Positions 38,363-49,847 of a stretch of 51,426 nucleotides of DNA are shown here, piece by piece (the first letter of the stretch is position 1; every line of letters starts with the position of its first letter). The position numbers were made by a program, and so were the translations under genes. This stretch comes from Trichosphaerium sp. ATCC 40318 (Eukaryota; Protista; Tubulinea), in assembly GCA_038496445.1 (NCBI GenBank), contig JALMLS010000187.1, forward strand, positions 1-51,426. Direction: 5' to 3'. The notes beneath the pieces are model-generated. The model saw nothing but the letters and a program-made list of their open reading frames with translations. It was not told where the DNA came from and made no database searches.

Positions 38363-41300
38363 TTATGTCTCGTAAGAGGAATCCGAGTCTGGAGTGAATG
38401 AGGTTGGTGTCTTGCCCATCTTAGGAACGTTGAGTTCGACATCTTCAACAAGAGGAAGGGCACAAGGCTAGGACGAATATTCAGTGAAAATTACTTTGAA
38501 AACGCTTCAGCACCAACGCTTTGTCTTTTCAGCGGCAAATAACAGCACATAAAAACATATCAGGCTCCACCCGGAGTCGAACCGGGGTCACATGTACCAA
38601 AAACACGTATGATAACCGTTACACCATGGAGCCTTATGGTTGGTATAGGAGGCGCAGGCACGTAGTTTTTTCGAAACTGTTGGTGCGATAATTTCAACAC
38701 AATTCATTATTCAAAATAAATTTTTTGACTTGGTTTTTTTTTCATTGCAAAAAACTTTGTACCTTGACACCCCAAATGTCTCTTGCATACTCCTTAATAG
38801 TGCGATCACTGCTGAATTTACCCATCCCAGCTGTTGTTAAGATCATTTGACGAGACCACAAGTCTTTATCTATTTTATTGAAACAAATGTCAGCTTTGTT
38901 TTGAAAAATAAATAACTTTTTTGTTGGATTAAAGTGTACCCATGAAGTTCTTGTCAACCTTCTTTTTGCATTCTAGGTAACTAGTAAAATCCTCAGCAAG
39001 GAGGTAGTAATCATCTCCTATTAAAGAAATTAAAACACGTGTTAAGGTTAATCTTGTTTTTTTTGAAAGAATATAGTTCGTGCCTGTCCATAGCTTATCC
39101 GTAAGACACTTGAATGGTTCTGGGTCACCAAAAGTACCAGATTGGATTGTTTCTAAGACCTTGTACAAACGAACATCAATTTGTCTATGCCCATGACTAC
39201 AAAGTTGTTAAAAAATCTTAACATCAAGTTTTTCTTAGTTTTTTCGTGTGTTACTGTCTTTACCTTCTTGCAGCTGCAACACCATCTTTGCGGGTTCCGA
39301 ATATGTAAACATTTTCTTCACCGACTTCTTCAGCAATCTCGATGTTAGCGCCATCCCAAGTACCAAGAATAATACCAGCATTCAAAGCGAATTTCATATT
39401 GCTGAAAAAAAAAAGTAAGCAAATATTTTTGGTTTTAAGTCGTAAACGTCATGTCCTTTACCTTGTTCCTGAGGCTTCGTATCCTGCAGTAGAAATATGT
39501 TGAGATATATCAGCAGCAGGAATAATGACTTCAGCTAAAGATACATTGTAGTTGGCCAGGAATACAACCTCAAAAAAAAGTTAGCAACAAGAAGATCTTT
39601 GTCTGTTGAAAATACCTTTAGGAGGTTGGACACTTTGTAGTCGTTGTTAACAACATTGGAGACACTGCATATGAGTTTAATAATCATCTTCGCATTATGG
39701 TATCCAGGAGCTGCTTTACCGCCAAAAATAACAACACGTGGGACCATTTCTGATTTAGCTTGGTCAGATGCGCTCAAAATATCAAGGTATTGAGCAATAA
39801 CACTACAGATATGTTACAAAGAAGGGAACGCATTATGAGATGGTACCTCAGAATGTTGAGTAACTGGCGCTTGTATTCATGAATACGCTTGATCTGGACA
39901 TCAAAAAGGGCATCTGGGTTGACTTTGATATCAGTTTGTTTAAGAATGAGGTCAGCAAGAACAACCTAAGGAGTCAAGAGTTAAGCGAAATGAGCAAGTG
40001 AACAGTTATTGTTTCATTGTATTTTCTCATTTTTTGCTTCTCTCCTACATACCTTGTTGTTATGTTTAACGCGAACAAATGAGTCTTGGACATCAGTATC
40101 ATCTGCGAAGCTTGCCATGGTAGACAATAAATCCAAGTTTTTAACCCAATCATCGTTTCCAAGAGCCTTCGTAATGACATCACTCAGGTGTGGGTTACAT
40201 TGATGAAGCCACCTTTGAGAAAAAGTATTAGCAAAAAGATTAGTTTACGATTGTTTCCCTTGATAACAAAACCACTTCAATTTGTGCAAGCGCACCACCA
40301 TTATTTCAGTTGTAGTCGCCAATTTGCGACAGACTTTAGATTTTATTTTGAAAGAGAAGGGTTTCAAGGACTTTGCGATGAATAAAAATATTGACTTGTT
40401 CGTTTATGAAATTGTACCTTCTTGGTGTAACGCCGTTAGTCTTGTTATTAAATTTCTCAGGCCACATTTCATAAAAGTCCTTGAATATAGACTCCTTAAT
40501 AATGCCCGAGTGAATAGCGGCAACTCCGTTTACGGAGTGAGAACCAACAATACCGAGATGAGCCATGCGAACCTAGTGTTGTATTTAGTCTTTAGACGCA
40601 TGTGATGGTGTCATTTTGGCGCGTGCCTTTTTAGGGTTGCTCTCTTGTATTAAAGACATACGAATAACACGTTGCTCAAGATCAGGTGTGCCTTTGAACT
40701 TTTCACGGACTTGGATAAGGAATCGACGATTGATTTCGTAAATCAATTCCAAATGTCTTGGTACTATGCTTTGCAATAATGGTACTGACCATTTCTCCAA
40801 GGCCTCAGGCAATACGGTATGATTAGTGTAACCAAACGTATCTAAAGTAAAACTAAGTGTTCAACTCTTTGGACGAAGAAGGTTTCAACAAAATGGAAAA
40901 AACTGAGAAGTCCTCACCTATTATTATCTTCCACGCTTCATCCTACACACAAATTAAAATACAATCACACTCAAGATGCAAACAGTAAATGATAAACAAT
41001 AAAAAAAGTCAGAACGTACCCATGACAGAGGTGTTTTCTCTTTGTCAAGAAGAACATGTAAAAGTTCCACAATACCAATTGTTGGATGAGTGTCATTGAG
41101 TTGGATGGCAACACGTGTTGCAAGTTCTTTAATAGGCTTTTTATGCTTCCTGAATCGGCGAAGGATATCATGAATAGAAGCGCTAACAAAGAAGTATTGC
41201 TGGTTAAAACGCAACTCCTTGCCTATAAGAAAAAAGTAAGAAAAGTTAGAACCTCGTAAGTCGCTAGTGATCTTACCTCTTGGTGTCGCATCGTTTGGAT

Positions 41301-42928
41301 AAAGAACAGTACTGATATTAGACATTTTCTTTTGCTCTCTTAAATTAGAGTAATAGTCTCCTTGGTTGAATTGTTGAAAGTTAAATTCCTACAAAAGAAC
41401 CAGAATGTTAGTAATAAAAACCAAATCATTTTCGGATAACGTTGCAGCTGTACAGAGGTTGGTAGTGATCTCCAAAGTCTCATTGTGTTCACGTTAAGTG
41501 TCCTGTATCCAGGAATACATACGTCATAAGCTTGGGCAATACAAACACGTGCTGGATGCCACATCGCCTTAAGAAGGTATTGTAAGAACAAAGAAGTAAA
41601 AACCAAAAAGCAAACCTTAGATCGACCATCTTCGAAGACTTGCATCACTTTACCTCCAAATCCGATTTCATATTGGACATCATTACGTTCGAACTCCCAT
41701 GGGCTACCTGTTTAAATTGTTGTTAATTTTTGTAAAATCACGTGACTTGTTTACGAATTTTACGAGAAAAAAAAAAGAACTAACCTTGAAGCAGCCAATA
41801 GTCAGGTCTTTCGACTTGTTCTCCATTTTGTATTTCTTGTTTGAAGATACCATACTTGTACCTATGATAAATCATAAGTTGCTTGCCTTTCCATCATACT
41901 CGTACCTGATGCCATATCCCCAGGAAGGAATGTTTAGAGTAGCCATCGAATCAAGAAAACAAGAAGCCAAGCGACCTAAACCTCCATTTCCGAGACCTGC
42001 ATCTTGCTCTATGTACACAATTTTAGTGTATGTGAACACTCACAACATTAACAATACCTTGCTCGTAAAGTTCTTCCATGGTGACACCCAAATCTTCCAT
42101 TGCCTGTTTTTAATTAGTAAAATTGAAGTAAATGGGAATAATTTTTCACGCCTCAACACAGAGGCTAATGGTTCTTTTGGTATTACCTCTGCATACTCTC
42201 CAACAAGGTCTAAGTTATGTACTGCATTACGAAGTGTTCTTCCGTGTAAGTATTCAATACTGAGGTAGTAAACACGTTTAACATCTTGATCGTAATAGTA
42301 ACTCTGAGTATCATTCCAAGTTTCTATCATTCGATCTCTTAGTGAATGCGCAGCTGCTTGATAAGCAGATTTAAGGTCAAAGGTGAACCTGGTACGCGCT
42401 AGCGTGTACTATAAAGAGATTAAAGACTTTGAGAGTAAGCCGGTTAAACGTTTAACAATTTTTTTAAAAGTGCTTTAAAGGGCTATTTCATAGTTTTTAC
42501 AAGCGTGGAGAACCTGTTTAGCGTGGTTTTACGAGCGTTTAACTTTTTTATTTTAACGCTCGTAATAACTCGAAACGGGGTGAGTTTCTCAGCGTACCTC
42601 GATGTGATTAGCGACGTATTGCTCTATATCTTCAACATCTACTCGAGATTTAACGGGCCAATGAAGAAACGAGAAGAGACGAGTTTATCTGTACGTACCA
42701 GTTGATAGATAAGACTGCATTAGTTTCCACAGCTTTGCGTGCTTTTCCCTTGATCTCCTCCTAAATGTCAATCTTTTTAGCTAACTTGCCTCTAAACAAC
42801 CTCCAGTATGGGTTCATAACGTACAATTGTTTCATTGGTGTCCATTGATTGAATCTTGATGCTGAGCGTGTTAATAATGCTCTACCTGATGCAGACGTTC
42901 GCCTCTTTAGACCTTCTTTCTCCTCCAT
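38363..42928 (-). CDS. PYG: Glycogen/starch phosphorylase (GT35), multi-exon
   Basis: [15 protein letters not shown]; [23 protein letters not shown]; [17 protein letters not shown]; IQLNDTHP; [14 protein letters not shown]; [10 protein letters not shown]; [14 protein letters not shown]; [10 protein letters not shown]; [15 protein letters not shown]. Confidence 0.97.
38562..38633 (-). tRNA. trnQ-UUG: tRNA-Gln (UUG), in the last intron of glycogen phosphorylase
   Basis: Exact reverse complement of 36574-36645, followed by a T5 tract. Lies within intron ~38469-38762. Confidence 0.96.
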
Positions 42929-43150
42929 TGAGCAGTGGTTGTACTTGACCTTAAGACGAAATACAGACAACTTATAAAATTGTGATTCTTAGGTTTCCGT
43001 CAAATCTTTCACTTCTAAGAACTCTGTTTTATTTCTGCCGTCATACTCAGTTTCTCGTAATATTGTAAAATGAAAGTTTTTTATTTGGACGAAAGAAATA
43101 TGATGTTGTGGAGAATGCCTCCTTTGCAGCTAGCAACTTGTATCATTGTA

Positions 43151-45104
43151 ATCAGGTCTGAAAATTATCATGGTATTATACCGTATTTTATGGTATAATC
43201 ACCTTTTATGGTACAAGCTCAGTATAATTATACCATATAATTATACCATAAAATATGGTATAATACCATGTTTTTTGGACAAATGGTATAACAGCCATTA
43301 TACCATGTTTATACCATATTTCAATTTATAGAATATAATTATACCATAAAACATGGTACTATACCATGGTATTATACCACATTTTACAGTACATTATACC
43401 ATGCATTATACCATATAATTATACCATAAAACATGGTACTATACCATGGTATTATACTGCATTTTAAAGTATATTATACCATGCATTATACCATATAATT
43501 ATACCATAAAACACGGTATTATACCATGGTATTATACTGTATTTTACAGTATTGTATACTGTGCATTATACCATATAATTATACCATAAAATGTGGTATT
43601 ATACCGTATAAGTATAAGTTAGTCAAAGCTCACTTGGTCTATACTTGATTTAATAGCCTTTGGCCCTACGCAAACGCCATACCACACAATGCTTTGACAG
43701 TAGCCGTTATTGAACATAATTGGCATATAAATGTGTGAAAAACAGTTTTAAGAGAGAAATCTGGTAACGCGCCCCAATTGCGGGCGTTTTAGGGATAAAT
43801 TGGCCAATTTTCTCCGATTGACAGTATTTGAGGAAGAAACCACTCCATGTACCCCATGTTAGAACGCTACAGTGGTAGACACACCAAAAACGCGTTTAGC
43901 GCTTGAAAAATGCCCATTCGCAAAAAACCTCCAGTTGGAGGTTTTTTTCCCCGGCTCTCATTTTTTTCTCCCCTCCATAGGCATTTTTACACTCAATCAA
44001 CACCATACAGCCTCATTTACCAAATCAGGAGCAAAATTATTTATTTTTTTTTGACATTTTTGATATACACTCCAATGCATGTTAAAATGCGTGAATAGTG
44101 CTATAAGGCCAAGTTGTTTCAGAGCCTACCCATTTTTTGAGTTTTTGGTTTTTTTTGGATTTTTTTGGATTTTTTTGAATTTTTCCCTACTAAACGCCCG
44201 CATTTGCCAGAACAGATAGCATTTAGGCTTCACACCCATGCGTTGACCTTACGAGTGATATTGTAAACCAATTGGCTAAGTCAGAGCACAAAACTAAGTC
44301 TTGTCCAGTTTATCGCCCGCACAACACAAGGTACGCTAAAAGTAGTTGTTTTGAAGCTGCTTGCCATAGGTTTTAACCAAGCTAAATAGATGATAAAAAA
44401 AAACCAAGATGTGTTAGCTAACAGGTACGATTCCGCTAGAACTTGTTTCCGATGAAGTTGGCAGTTATTTTCATTTCTTTGTTTTAGTCTTGGTTTGGCT
44501 CCACCACACAGGTCATTTGTTACTCCCAGTGCTGCCACCACAACAAAACAGCAATTTTTGTACGACTATTTATTTTGTGCATCAAGCCTTCACTAATTCT
44601 TCTTTTAGTTTTCATGCTATGTCCATTCGATGCACTTACAGCAAGTACAATATTTTTTTTGAAGGTTATTTGATGTGTCAACTACCACAAAAGAGGATAT
44701 GGACAAAACCAAAGGTCACAGATGTAAACAAAAAAATGTATTAATAAATGTGGTTTTATTATTAGAACAGTTTTTACACGGTATAATACACTTGGTTTTG
44801 TGGTATAATCTACCAAGTTTTAAGGTATAATATACCAGACTTTGTGGTATTATACTGTGTTTTATACCATGTTTTATGGTAGAATTATACCATATATTGC
44901 ATTTTTTCAGGTGAAAAAATATGGTATAAATTCGCACTTTCTACTGCATATTTATGGTATAATTTGGCTGTTTTATGGTACAAATCCTTTGATTTATGGT
45001 ATATTATACTGGAATTTGTGGTATAAAATTGTAATCAATGGTATAATTATACCACAAATTCATGGTATCTACCATAAAAACAGCTCGAGAATTTTAGACC
45101 TGAT
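43151..45104. mobile_element. Non-autonomous TIR-like element with subterminal TATACCAT arrays
   Basis: Ends ATCAGGTCTGAAAATT / AATTTTAGACCTGAT. Dense TATACCA/TGGTATA motifs at 43168-43610 and 44778-45075. No convincing TSD and no transposase ORF. Confidence 0.65.
43333..43605. repeat. Tandem repeat, 80-bp period, ~3.4 copies
   Basis: ATACCATAAAA recurs at 43341, 43421, 43501 and 43581. Confidence 0.92.
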
Positions 45105-45702
45105 GAAAGATAGGTGCTTTGACGGAAATCCTAGATGAGCAGCAGCGTCATTTGTCCAGTGCTAGTATACAACTTTTACCCAATTTCCCATTAAAAACCC
45201 AAGAGTAGAGCTCTTAGAAAACCGGTTAATCGTTTACCCGGTTATGGCAATTCGTAACTGGTTCGGTTATGGTGAAAAGGAAAAGTTGTTGTCTTCATTG
45301 TAAGCCACTAGACACTTTTTTTTTACATCCAGTACTCTCATACTCAGTGACAACTTATTTTTATTGAGTCGATTTTGCTACAGTTTGCCCTTTGTCCAAC
45401 GCTGTTAAGCACAATATTTCATTGAATCATAGTCACTTCGAAGTAGGAGTTAACTTGCTTTCAAACCTTAAACGGGTACCCTGTTTGTAAGGAAAGTAAA
45501 ACTTCCACACAACAGCAATGATAGCAATACTATTTTTATGAAATATCTCGGTTTCAGACCATCGTTTTGCTGTGGTAGTTATGTCGTGATCAATATGTGA
45601 AACTATCACAGCACAGTGGTTTGTATACGAAAAAGCAGAGTTGTAATTCGCTTATTCGCATTGAAAAAAGTTGACTACTTTAAACAATATCTGTGGCCCA
45701 CT

Positions 45703-46602
45703 ATGGCATCGAAAAAACGGAAAAACCCTAAGTATAATGTTATACACCTACAAACAGTACCGCCAGAAACATTAACGCATATTTTGGCCTATTTGAACAG
45801 AAAACAGCTTTTCAAAGCATCTACTGTCTCTCGCATCTTTAACAACATCATTCGTCATAATATTGGCTTTGATAGCATCGAATTCAAAGAACCATCAGAC
45901 TGTCAAGTTCTTAAAGGCAGTCCTTTGCTACAAAGTACCCAAATTGTGTTTTCTACATTTATGGTACCTGATAAACTATCAGAGAGCGACATATCGTGTC
46001 TTGCAGGTGTTCATAACATAGATTTGAAGTACTCAAAAATAACGGATGAACATATCGTTTCGTTGGCACGTGGAGGAGAAGAGCCTATACATAGTATTAA
46101 TTTGTCCAACACAGGCATTACAGACATCTCATTAAAAGTACTCGAAGGTGTTCATACTATCGATATCAGTGGTTGCAAGAATGTAACAGTTGAAGGAATT
46201 AAATCTCTCAAAGATGTACATTGTATAACAATACAGCAACCAGAAGATGAATGGCTAAAGCATCTTTGTAATGTACATACAGTTAAAATTATAAATGGAG
46301 AATCAATTACAAATGATGGAATCAAATCATTGGTTAATGTCAAGAAGCTACTACTTGCTGATTGTAGTAGGGTAACAGACTTGGATTTGAAGCATTTGGC
46401 TTGTCTTGATATTATGTGTTGTTCAAAGTTAACAGACAATAGCTTTAACAAGTTGATACATCTTAAAGAATTGTGTATTTTCGTGTCCAACGAAATTACA
46501 AATAAGTGTCTTTCAAGCCTGAAATCCCTTGATACGATCAAAGTGCGAAGGTGTCAGATAACAAGAGAAGCTGTTCAAGTATTGGGTATCAAGTGGCTCT
46601 GA
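45703..46602 (+). CDS. Intronless F-box/leucine-rich-repeat protein
   Basis: LQTVPPETLTHILAYLNRKQLFKASTVSRIFNNII is an F-box. LRRs such as VHNIDLKYSKITD and VHTIDISGCKNVTVEGIKSL follow. Confidence 0.88.
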   Translation: MASKKRKNPKYNVIHLQTVPPETLTHILAYLNRKQLFKASTVSRIFNNIIRHNIGFDSIEFKEPSDCQVLKGSPLLQSTQIVFSTFMVPDKLSESDISCLAGVHNIDLKYSKITDEHIVSLARGGEEPIHSINLSNTGITDISLKVLEGVHTIDISGCKNVTVEGIKSLKDVHCITIQQPEDEWLKHLCNVHTVKIINGESITNDGIKSLVNVKKLLLADCSRVTDLDLKHLACLDIMCCSKLTDNSFNKLIHLKELCIFVSNEITNKCLSSLKSLDTIKVRRCQITREAVQVLGIKWL

Positions 46603-47014
46603 ACTCATAGCTCCTTCCAGAGCTTTTATTGACCTAAGCACGTAGGTTGTTTGTTCTTTTCAGGCGCTGTACTTCTCACGTTTTACACTATTCTAAGACT
46701 TACTGTAATAAACTGACGTCTTCTATTGCTGGTAACGTTTATCTGACTGTAAAAAGAAAAGGGACCGTCAATCACAATCTTAATGTCCGCACTGGTTTAT
46801 GAGTGAACATAAAGTGTTACAATTACATTGCATTTGTTATGTCTGTGTTAGTTGCGAAGAGTTTTCTAGCAGTGTCAAGTTTTCTCGATAACTATTCGCT
46901 TCATACCTACTTCAATATCCGGTTGTTGTGACATGCAATGTTTATTGTTATAATTGATGAAGGGGTAAACAGTAAAAGTACAATATTTTGTGATAACAAT
47001 TGATCACGTTATGA

Positions 47015-47975
47015 TTAGGTCAATGAACAACAGAGCCTCTTTGAAACCAACTTAAAACTCTACCAAAAAAAGATGGTACTGTTTGTTTCTTTTCTTTTGG
47101 TATAAATAACTTTTTACATATCTGAAATGACGCACTTGATACAACATCATCAACACCCACGTTCTAAACATACAGTTACAAAATGTGCTTTTTTTGGGGA
47201 TGGGAAAAAAGTGGTAAAAAAAAAACTTTATCAATACATACATTTTTTGATGACGTTTCAAAGTATGGTACTTGTAAGTGCTTTGCCATATCATCTATTT
47301 CTTGCTGAGGAACTACACGATTTTCAACGTCATCAGCCTTTGTTCCAACTAGTATTAAAAGAGGTTTCTGCAGTCAAAGGTTAGGCAACTCAAAACAAGA
47401 ATTTCGAGAAAGTAGTATGTACAATCGATGGCTCTGTACTTAGTCTTGTCTCAATATCATCAATGTACTTTACCACATTCAAAAAAGAGTCGTAGTTTGT
47501 TAAAGAAAACGTAATAAAGATAACATTAGAGCCTCTATAATACGTGTTTCTAGCATCAAATCTCCCTCCACCATAATCCCAAAGCTAAAAGTAACAAAAC
47601 AGATTAGCACGTGCAACTCACGTAACCTTATAGTCTAAATATCGTACTTGTAGTTTCACTATACAATTTGGTATCCGCGGAGCTAGATTTAGTAACTTGA
47701 ATCTCTGAGAGAACAAGTTAGTATCTGCACAAAAAACACATTTTTCTGTAAATTTCGTACAAAGTCCACACCGATAGTAGAGACGTAAGGACGCTCCTGA
47801 AACGGTTTACCATCGCAGCAATTTATAATTGATGACTTGCCTACGCCTAAACTACTGTTAAAGGACGGACAAGCGTCCAAACTGTTTCAGACATACCAGA
47901 ATCTCCTGCCAGGCTAATTTTAATTAAAACATCATAATCGGGACGCTTTTGTGGTGTATAGACTCCTTTTGGCAT
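47015..47975 (-). CDS. Divergent Rab-family small GTPase
   Basis: Spliced: YDVLIKISLAGDSGVGKSS; STIGVDF; KLQLWDYGGGRF; YYRGSN; LILVGTKAD; YFETSSK; C-terminal CCSLT*. Confidence 0.9.
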
Positions 47976-48175
47976 TTTGGTTATCGCAGTTTTACTTGAA
48001 ACGAGGCCAAGTCATACTTAACAGTTTAAGTCAGTTCACAGCAAACTACGCTATGACCATTGTGAACACCCTAACTAATAGCTGTATCACGTGACGGCAT
48101 AATACATATCACATATCATGAGAGGTAAAGCAGCAGAAGCATCATTGTTAAGAACTTTTTATTATTATTTTGTTT

Positions 48176-49722
48176 CTAGCTTCTGTGGAGTACTGATTTA
48201 CCGTTTTCTGGAGGACATGATTTAAGACGATGACAGGCTGTAGGATCTTGGTTGTACAACGAAGGAAATAAATATTCTGGAGCACAGGGCGTTCCAAAGG
48301 TGCCATTGTATCGTTGTGTATGCGCAACTTGATGTGGACAGAATCCTTTAGAATAAGTCACAAATCTACTGAATCCACTTCTTGTACCAACAACTACATC
48401 AACGCGATTAAGCAAAAAGTAGTCAACCCATAACCTTATCGTGAAATCATCACTTGACATTGTTTTTCTTGATTCTTCTTTATCATAAAAAACAATGCTG
48501 TGTTTTGCTTCTCCTGGGACAGAAATGACTCTATCAGGATAACGTGACTTCAATTCCTCTACAGCAATAGTTGTATCACTAGCAACAAAGATAGTATTCA
48601 CTCTATCTCCATAGACATCAATACACTTAAAGTATAAGTCAAGGTCATCCAGACTTTGGATAGCACCACCATCTCGTCCTTTGCCGGAACGTACATGAAG
48701 ACCAATAGAAGGTTTGCTTTCATCAAAGTGTTCTTTTATAAATTTATCAACAGCTTCTTTAACCATGTCAGTTGGTTGTATTAATGCTCTTGTAACTGCA
48801 CCGACAGCCATATCGAAGTCAGTACACATGTAAGTACGCGAGCTTACATCAACTTGAGGTTGTAGTATTTTCCTATCAGCAAAACTGTTCTTGAAATAGT
48901 GACGCCATTCCAACTCTTTGAATTTATGCTTAAAAGCTCCTGTAGCATACCATGATACAGAAAGAATTGGGTCACCGTTTAAAACAAATATGCTCTCATC
49001 ACTTGCCATGTCAAATGTAGATACTTGTGTAATGTCTTTGTATTGTGGATACTTTGTAGCATCAAAGGTCCAATTAAATCCCCATCCAGTGACACCTCTC
49101 CAATGTGGCATTGAATCGACATCAATGAAGAAGGCACGGTTATACAATATTGCTGTAAGAAACGCATCTATTACGCTTTTTATCTGGTCACCAAGACCAT
49201 CGCACATTGGGATACATTTTTGAACAAGAATTCTTTGTTTGTTTACTGGTTTTTTTAACTCTTTCTCTCTGAGTTCAACATATCGTTTTAACCACGGAGG
49301 ATACTCTTTCAAATCTGTACTCCATAACGGTTTATTTTTATTACCTTCCTTGTAATCTTTAAGCCATGATTCGGCTTCAACAGACTTTGGTGTCTTGACA
49401 TCAAACTAAACAAATTCAGTGAAAAAATGTCTTTACCCTTATTAAAAACACGTGGTCCAATATTCGTTTTATTTTTTTTTGATTGATTTACCTTATCTTT
49501 TCGCGTAGGCTTTGAACTACCGTCATCATTTTTTCTGATCTCAATTACGAGAGTGCTATCAGCCAAAGATAAGTATACCCAAAATACGGCGAAGGCTGTT
49601 AATACTAACGCCAAATAAAGTTTCTAGGAGTAAGAATGAGCTTTTGTAGCGATCAGTTATCGTACCGACCCACCAAAGCAAGAAAGCATATTTATTGTTC
49701 CCTTAGTACTTGCTTTCATCAT
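48176..49722 (-). CDS. Type II membrane fucosyltransferase (alpha-1,2/alpha-1,6/O-FucT superfamily)
   Basis: N-terminal TM LYLALVLTAFAVFWVYLSL; GLGDQIKS; motif I IGLHVRSG; motif II IFVASD; motif III DYFLLNRVDVVVGTRSGFS. Two 5' introns. Confidence 0.85.
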
Positions 49723-49847
49723 TACAAGTTATTTTTAGTTCGCTTAGGCGTAAAAATGCCCGAACAATGGTGATTTTGTGAGATGTTGAAACCAGACTGA
49801 CTTTTTGACACTCTTGCTGTTTGCTGAACCACAAACGACATAAAACA

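Noticed and set aside
41699-42268. 189-aa plus-strand ORF (also 46152-46541, 48918-49223)
   Set aside because: Antisense shadows of well-supported genes.
35080-42928. Stop-codon reassignment (TAA/TAG to Gln) suggested by the tRNA-Gln genes
   Set aside because: Both anticodons are UUG. The conserved exons I traced have no in-frame stops, and TAA, TAG and TGA all terminate genes.
43168-43610. Regular repeats that superficially resemble a CRISPR array
   Set aside because: Whole 80-bp units repeat with no unique spacers, there are no cas genes, and the context is eukaryotic.
46700-47000. Possible decayed LRR fragment downstream of the F-box/LRR gene
   Set aside because: Similarity is limited to a few residues and cannot be distinguished from chance by eye.
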